From: Alistipes shahii
Lineage (GTDB): Bacteria; Bacillota_I; Bacilli_A; RFN20; CAG-826
Direction: 5' to 3'
Assembly (NCBI GenBank): GCA_963598795.1
Contig: CAVBUY010000001.1
Coordinates: forward strand, 90,534-154,533
Length of the DNA stretch: 64,000 nt
Made by a program: the position numbers and the translations under genes. The notes below the pieces were generated by a model. That model had not been told where the DNA came from. It saw only the letters and a program-made list of their open reading frames with translations, and searched no databases. Position 1 is the first letter of the stretch, and each line of letters begins with the position of its first letter. Positions 59,149 to 64,000 of this stretch are shown in pieces.

Positions 59149-59971
59149 TCAAACCATAATGTTTCAAACCATCCAACACCCCATCATCAGATACCGTTTT
59201 GGCGATATAGGTGGCTTGTTTTTTAACTTCATCCTTTCCTTGCCCCATGCATACAAGATACTTGGCAGCGTTAAGCATATCAATATCGGGTATGTCGTCC
59301 CCGAAGGCTATGGCTTCTTCTTTTTTTAAGCCCAATTTGTTTAAAATCGCTAACATCCCATCGCTTTTTCTATGTTTCTTCTCCATCACATCAAAAGAGG
59401 TTGGGATATATTCGTTTATGAATAGTTCTGGAAAGTCTTGGCGGTAGATTTCCCCAGCTTTTGACGGAGCGAAGAAATTGATGGTCACCACGTCTTCTCC
59501 GTCATATTCGCCAACGGGAGGAATCGATTCATTGAAGAAAGAATAGAAGTTTCTGGATTCGTTGGTCTGCCCAAAAAGCAGGGTCCTTTCATAAACTCCG
59601 ACGATTTCCATGGTGTAACCGTCTTTTTTGCATCTTTCGATAAACTTACGGACCAAGTTTTCATTCACTTTCGATAAGAAAACTATTTCGTTATTTAAGG
59701 ACGCTACCCCTCCGCAGCTTCCAATCCAACCATCGAACTCAACGCCTTGATCAAAAGTCTTCAGTTTAAGCATTGAGTGATAGGGTCTGGAGGTGCAAAG
59801 AACGCACTTAATGCCCATATCTTGTGCTTTTTTGATAGCGTTTAAAGATTTCTTTTTCCACTCTTTAGCCTTGTTGTCGTATAAGGTTCCGTCTATGTCG
59901 AAAAAAGCGATCTTAATCATGGTTTTGATTATATCAAAAAAGAGAAAAGATTTAACGCCAGGTCTTTTCAA
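59129..59971 (-). CDS. Cof-type HAD-IIB phosphatase
   Basis: IAFFDIDGTL motif I and C-terminal GDDIPDIDML motif IV. Confidence 0.75.
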   Translation of the reverse strand: MKRPGVKSFLFFDIIKTMIKIAFFDIDGTLYDNKAKEWKKKSLNAIKKAQDMGIKCVLCTSRPYHSMLKLKTFDQGVEFDGWIGSCGGVASLNNEIVFLSKVNENLVRKFIERCKKDGYTMEIVGVYERTLLFGQTNESRNFYSFFNESIPPVGEYDGEDVVTINFFAPSKAGEIYRQDFPELFINEYIPTSFDVMEKKHRKSDGMLAILNKLGLKKEEAIAFGDDIPDIDMLNAAKYLVCMGQGKDEVKKQATYIAKTVSDDGVLDGLKHYGLIGENYE

Positions 59972-61676
59972 ACGCGTCGTATAACGCCTGATTCAGTTTT
60001 AAGAAGTCTTCAGGATTGATTTTAATCACTTCCCTATCATAGGTAACTAAGCCGTTGGTTTCCCCTTCGACGTCTCCCCATTGGGTCAAAACAGCAACGG
60101 AAAGCCCTTCTTTTTCCACCAAAGGAACCAAACTTTCCAAATAAAGCTTTTCGTAAGCTTTCATTAACTTTTCGGGATTGCCGTATTTTGCATAGCCGAA
60201 TTTCTTGCTATCGGGAGAATGCCCCTCCACCGAATAGGCATAACCGCCGAATTCGGACAAAGACAAAATTCTCCCTTCTTCATTCTTCAAATTTGGTTTC
60301 TTGAAATAAACGTGATGGCTTGAGAAATCTCCGGAGCCGGTGTCAAACCACCCTGAGGTTGAATCAATTAGTCTTGTGTCGTCCATTATCCTCAACGCTT
60401 CGGTCAAACGAACCGAATCAAATTGACCCCAGCCCTCATTGAATAACGTCCAGGCGATAATCGAGGGATGCTTATCCAATGATTTTATGGTTTTTGACAA
60501 ATCCGCTTCGAACATTTTTCTCGAAGCTTTATTTCCCCTTTGCATCTTGTCGTGAGCCGTATCGTCGTATTTGAGTTTCAAAAACGGCGCGGCTGCCAAT
60601 CTGAACAAAGGTATTTTACCGCCAGAATTGACCATATCTTGAATAACCAAAACGCCCAATTTGTCGCATTCGTAATACCAACGCGGGGATTCTATCTTTA
60701 TGTGTTTCCTCAGCGCATTGAAACCAAAGGATTTTATGAGGTTCAATTCCTTTTCTATGTCGTCTTGGTTCAGTGGGGTCATTCCGGACTTTTCGTTCCA
60801 ATACCCTTGATCAAGCAAAGCACTTAAAAACAAAGGTTCTCCGTTCAAAGCGATTAAGCTCTTGCCTCTTTTTTCGATTTTTTCTATTTTCCTAACCCCA
60901 AAAATAGAGTGGATTACGTCTTTCCCTTTGCTTACCGTAACTTTATATAAGTTAGGTTCGGCAGGGGACCATGGATAAAAATAATCCGCAAGATTAATAA
61001 GAGCCTCTCCATAAGTGTCGGTTTTGGCTTTGATGGTTTCTCCTTTTGGGGTGACTATCTCTATTTTGGCGTCCATGACGTTGTGTCCCAAATCGATTAC
61101 CAACCTCTTTCTGTCGTAATTGGCGTTTATCTCGATTTTGTCAAATCTGAATCCATCCGGAAGGTATTCGGCATAAACGTTTCCCCAAATACCGGACGTC
61201 CCTTTATACCAAATATTTCCCGGAGTTAATGATTGTTTGCCTCTAGCAAAAACGTCGGAAGAGGTATCGTCCTTTGCCTTTACTTCGATTACGTCACCCT
61301 TTCTTAAATGAGGGACGATTATGGAAAACGGCCAATAGCCTCCTTCATGATGGGCCACAAAGGAGCCGTTCCAATAAACGTCGCATATCTGATCGACGGC
61401 TTCGAAATGTATTTTGGCTTCCTGTTCCGCATACTCGTTGTCTTCTTCAATGATTAGGCGATAATGCATCGTTTGATTTGGAAGGATTGTTTTCTTTATT
61501 CCGCTCATTTCGGTTTCTGGAGCAAAGGGAACCAAAATCTTTTCTTCATAATTTGGTTCTCCCCCTTCATTAAGGGCAAAATCCCACAAACCGTTTAAAG
61601 AATAAACGGTGTCTCTGGCAAAATAGGGATCAAAGGTTTTTTCTAAAGGCGTTTTATTCATGTGATAATCATACAA
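59952..61676 (-). CDS. Glycoside hydrolase family 2 enzyme (beta-glucuronidase/beta-galactosidase-like)
   Basis: LNGLWDF sugar-binding N-domain, HEGGYWPF, WSPAEPNLY, and the NEGWG acid/base motif in a TIM barrel. Confidence 0.75.
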   Translation of the reverse strand: MYDYHMNKTPLEKTFDPYFARDTVYSLNGLWDFALNEGGEPNYEEKILVPFAPETEMSGIKKTILPNQTMHYRLIIEEDNEYAEQEAKIHFEAVDQICDVYWNGSFVAHHEGGYWPFSIIVPHLRKGDVIEVKAKDDTSSDVFARGKQSLTPGNIWYKGTSGIWGNVYAEYLPDGFRFDKIEINANYDRKRLVIDLGHNVMDAKIEIVTPKGETIKAKTDTYGEALINLADYFYPWSPAEPNLYKVTVSKGKDVIHSIFGVRKIEKIEKRGKSLIALNGEPLFLSALLDQGYWNEKSGMTPLNQDDIEKELNLIKSFGFNALRKHIKIESPRWYYECDKLGVLVIQDMVNSGGKIPLFRLAAAPFLKLKYDDTAHDKMQRGNKASRKMFEADLSKTIKSLDKHPSIIAWTLFNEGWGQFDSVRLTEALRIMDDTRLIDSTSGWFDTGSGDFSSHHVYFKKPNLKNEEGRILSLSEFGGYAYSVEGHSPDSKKFGYAKYGNPEKLMKAYEKLYLESLVPLVEKEGLSVAVLTQWGDVEGETNGLVTYDREVIKINPEDFLKLNQALYDAFEKTWR

Positions 61677-61716
61677 CTTTGACCAGATGGAGTAGAATAC
61701 TCCAGAGGAGAAAAAG

Positions 61717-62892
61717 ATGAATCAAATAGAAATAGTTAAGGAATATTTGAAAAGTAACGGACTTGATGCCTGGATTCTTTTGGATTACGAAAACCACAAT
61801 CCGGCGATAATAAGTTTCTTGGGAAGGAAGATGTTAACGAGAAAAATCTTCCTAATCGTCCCAAAAGAAGGCAAACCCTATCTTATTTGCCATTCCATCG
61901 ACACCGTCTTTTTGAACGACGAAAAAGATTTTGATTTGAGAGTATATAAGACTTGGCAGGAAATGCTTAATTTGGAAAAAGAACGCTTTTCTAGATATAA
62001 AAAAGTTTGCATGGACATTTCTGCCGACGGTTTATTGCCAAGGGTTTCTTTGGCGGACTATGGGTCGGTCGAATATATCAAAAAATTAGGCCTTGAAGTA
62101 GTTTCATCTGCGGATATTCTCCAAAAATTGACCGCCACGCTGGATGACGAAGCTAAGAAATTACAAAAAGAGGCCAACGAGAAAGTCTTAAAAATCAAAG
62201 ACGAAGCCTTTGAAAAGATCGCTTCCGATATAAAAGAAAAAGGCAAATCCAACGAATATGAAGTCCAGCAATTCATATGCAAACGCTTCAAAGAAGAAGG
62301 GATGACTTGGGATGATGATCCAATCGTGGCCATCGGGCCGAATGCCTCAAACCCCCATTACGGTCCAACAAAAGAGATAAACGACGATATTCACGAAGAC
62401 GATTTGGTTTTGATAGACATGTGGGCGAAAATGGATAAACCAAAAGGAGTTTATTCAGACATCACTTGGATGGGATATGTGGGCGAAATCGTGCCGGAAG
62501 TCTATGAAAATAGGTTTCAAATATTAAAAAAAGACATTGATTTATGCGTCCAATTCCTCAATCAAAACATCGGAGTCCGCCCGGTTTTCGGTTTTGAAGT
62601 GGACGATATTTCCAGAAAATACATAAATGAACAAGGATATGGCGAATATTACACCCATCGCGTCGGGCATAGCATCGCCATTGATGTCGGACCGCACGGA
62701 TGTGGCGTTAATATGGACAATTACGAAACACATGACTTTAGAGAAATCATCCCCAATGTCTGTTTCTCCTTGGAACCTGGCATATACGCCCCAGACTTTG
62801 GAATGAGAAGCGAAACGAACGTATTGATAGACAACGGCAAAGTCGTCGTGGTCGCCGGAAGGCAAGAAAAGATAATCCCGATTCTTAAATAA
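61717..62892 (+). CDS. M24-family metallopeptidase (Xaa-Pro aminopeptidase/dipeptidase)
   Basis: Creatinase N-domain plus pita-bread fold, with HRVGHSIAIDVGPHG and …LEPGIY… metal ligands. Confidence 0.8.
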   Translation: MNQIEIVKEYLKSNGLDAWILLDYENHNPAIISFLGRKMLTRKIFLIVPKEGKPYLICHSIDTVFLNDEKDFDLRVYKTWQEMLNLEKERFSRYKKVCMDISADGLLPRVSLADYGSVEYIKKLGLEVVSSADILQKLTATLDDEAKKLQKEANEKVLKIKDEAFEKIASDIKEKGKSNEYEVQQFICKRFKEEGMTWDDDPIVAIGPNASNPHYGPTKEINDDIHEDDLVLIDMWAKMDKPKGVYSDITWMGYVGEIVPEVYENRFQILKKDIDLCVQFLNQNIGVRPVFGFEVDDISRKYINEQGYGEYYTHRVGHSIAIDVGPHGCGVNMDNYETHDFREIIPNVCFSLEPGIYAPDFGMRSETNVLIDNGKVVVVAGRQEKIIPILK

Positions 62893-62961
62893 CTTAACAA
62901 AAGAAAAAGAGGTAGCCGGCAAGGGCTATCTCTTTTTCACATTAAGGGGAAGGAATGATGG

Positions 62962-63354
62962 TTATTTGATTTCGATGCGATGAGAAGATTCGATCTTTGA
63001 CTGATCTTTCGGGAATCTGATCGCAAGAACTCCGTTTTCGAAGTTGGCTTTGATGCTTTTCTCATCGACTTCTCCGATGTGATAGCTGCGAGAGCTATTG
63101 GCGTATTTGCGTTCTCTCAACATATATTTCTTGTTGTTTTCGGGTTCTTTCAAAGAGACGCTGATGGTGAGATATTCGTTCTTATACTCAATGTTGACGT
63201 CTTCTTTCTTAACGCCGGGCAACTCGATGTCGATGGCGTATTCGTCTCCATCAACATATATGTCGCTTCTCATTTGGAGAACGCCTTCGTCAGAGAATAG
63301 TTCGCGGAATAAATCGTGGGGTAAATAAGAATCGTTTCTTGTGGTGATATACAT
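62962..63354 (-). CDS. Hsp20/alpha-crystallin small heat-shock protein
   Basis: 130 aa with an alpha-crystallin domain (…IDIELPGVKKEDVNIEY…GVLAIRFPK). Confidence 0.85.
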   Translation of the reverse strand: MYITTRNDSYLPHDLFRELFSDEGVLQMRSDIYVDGDEYAIDIELPGVKKEDVNIEYKNEYLTISVSLKEPENNKKYMLRERKYANSSRSYHIGEVDEKSIKANFENGVLAIRFPKDQSKIESSHRIEIK

Positions 63355-63370
63355 AATTATCTCCTTTCGT

Positions 63371-63397
63371 TTAGCACTCGCTGTTCCTAAGTGCTAA
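63371..63397. promoter_or_regulatory. CIRCE operator (HrcA binding site) upstream of hsp20
   Basis: TTAGCACTC-gctgttcct-AAGTGCTAA matches the CIRCE consensus TTAGCACTC-N9-GAGTGCTAA with one mismatch. Confidence 0.75.
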
Positions 63398-63416
63398 GTA
63401 TATTCTAACCACTCTT

Positions 63417-63443
63417 TTAGCACTGTCAACATTAAAGTGCTAA
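63417..63443. promoter_or_regulatory. Second CIRCE-like inverted repeat, tandem to the first
   Basis: TTAGCACTG-tcaacatta-AAGTGCTAA, 46 bp downstream of the first CIRCE and overlapping the stop of the 63432..63764 ORF. Confidence 0.6.
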
Positions 63444-63764
63444 TTTTTTTGAACTTATTTCCTTAAGCTTTTTTATTTCTTCTTCAACCTCCCTTCTATG
63501 CGCGAAAACATCAGGTGAAATCGCAATATTTTTCTTAGTTCCCCTATAATACCCTTCCAATAGATTGTTGGTTTTATCTAGCAACATATCCATTTTTTCT
63601 TTTTGTTTTTCGCTTCCGAAAGCCATAAAAGCCTCTATTACATAGCTTTCCAATTCCTTGCCGTTAAACTCTCCGGCCCGACATCTTCTGAATGGATCCA
63701 TCCATTCCGCCAGTTTCCTTTCATAATAGGTGACGAATTCAAATTGTTTGTTTTGGTTACTCAT
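63432..63764 (-). CDS. Hypothetical protein
   Basis: 110 aa ORF with balanced composition, upstream of hsp20; no recognised domain; weak SD. Confidence 0.4.
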   Translation of the reverse strand: MSNQNKQFEFVTYYERKLAEWMDPFRRCRAGEFNGKELESYVIEAFMAFGSEKQKEKMDMLLDKTNNLLEGYYRGTKKNIAISPDVFAHRREVEEEIKKLKEISSKKLAL

Positions 63765-63796
63765 AACCTTTTATAGACATGTGCGCGCACGCTTTA

Positions 63797-63838
63797 CAAA
63801 AAAACCGCCCAATCGAGGGCGGCTTGATTTTTGTTTTT
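63797..63838 (-). terminator. Rho-independent terminator (bidirectional-looking) after the partial gene at the window end
   Basis: ccgccc-aatcgag-gggcgg hairpin flanked by an A-run on one side and a T-run on the other. Confidence 0.55.
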
Positions 63839-63845
63839 CTATCTT

Positions 63846-64000
63846 ATTTCTTAGACCAGCTTAAGACACCGGCACCGAAAGATAAGACGGCGGCCAATAA
63901 GCCGGCGACGCTGGAGATGATGGTGCCAACGCCTAATTTGACGTTATATAAGGAACCAAGGGTCTCTCCCAACCCAGTTGTGGAGATGGCGCAGAGGAAG
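63846..64000 (-). CDS. C-terminal end of a membrane protein (partial, continues beyond the window)
   Basis: The minus frame ends …LLAAVLSFGAGVLSWSKK* at the TAA at 63846-63848 and is open to the window edge. Confidence 0.4.

Noticed and set aside
1-64000. CRISPR arrays, IS elements, rRNA genes
   Set aside because: No regularly spaced direct repeats, no transposase-like ORFs with terminal inverted repeats, and no rRNA-like sequence were seen anywhere in the window.

Overview
This window looks like a low-GC (about 35-40% by eye) Gram-positive chromosome segment with the standard genetic code (TGA is a stop). It resembles Bacillota, possibly Clostridia, Erysipelotrichia or Acholeplasma-like. 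Most of it is conserved housekeeping.

Features called:
- An anaerobic class III ribonucleotide reductase locus: nrdD fused to a C-terminal NrdH-like redoxin, a thioredoxin-reductase-like flavoprotein, and a convergent nrdG.
- A csoR-copA copper module.
- trpS and a V-type H+-pyrophosphatase.
- An NfeD/SPFH pair.
- A fused ABC-ATPase/FtsX permease carrying a frameshift in an A6 tract.
- A MATE efflux gene, RmuC and a flavodiiron protein.
- One tRNA-Ala(CGC).
- A Y-family polymerase/YolD cassette.
- The folD, secG, uvrB, yitT, prfB (programmed +1 frameshift), secA, comFA and comFC block.
- The rpiB, tsaC, prmC and prfA block.
- The dnaX, ybaB, recR, tmk, holB, PSP1 and rsmI block.
- A large YfhO-like membrane protein in an operon with a tandem P-II protein and a duplicated DUF1538 membrane protein.
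- rluA-family, patatin, Cof-HAD, GH2 and M24-peptidase genes.
- An hsp20 gene behind two tandem CIRCE operators.

Accessory-looking patches:
- A single-gene GC-rich (~55%) islet encoding an AlbA_2/HATPase-type regulator, next to a tRNA-3'-end-like fragment.
- A decayed HTH remnant of the same protein family beside tRNA-Ala.
- Three paralogous zinc-ribbon/DUF4190-like small membrane proteins.

The most unusual items are the NadE ORF with an N-terminal Phd/YefM-antitoxin-like extension, the self-contained thiol-redox module around the class III RNR (including a TrxR-like protein without a canonical NADPH site), and the P-II + DUF1538 operon.
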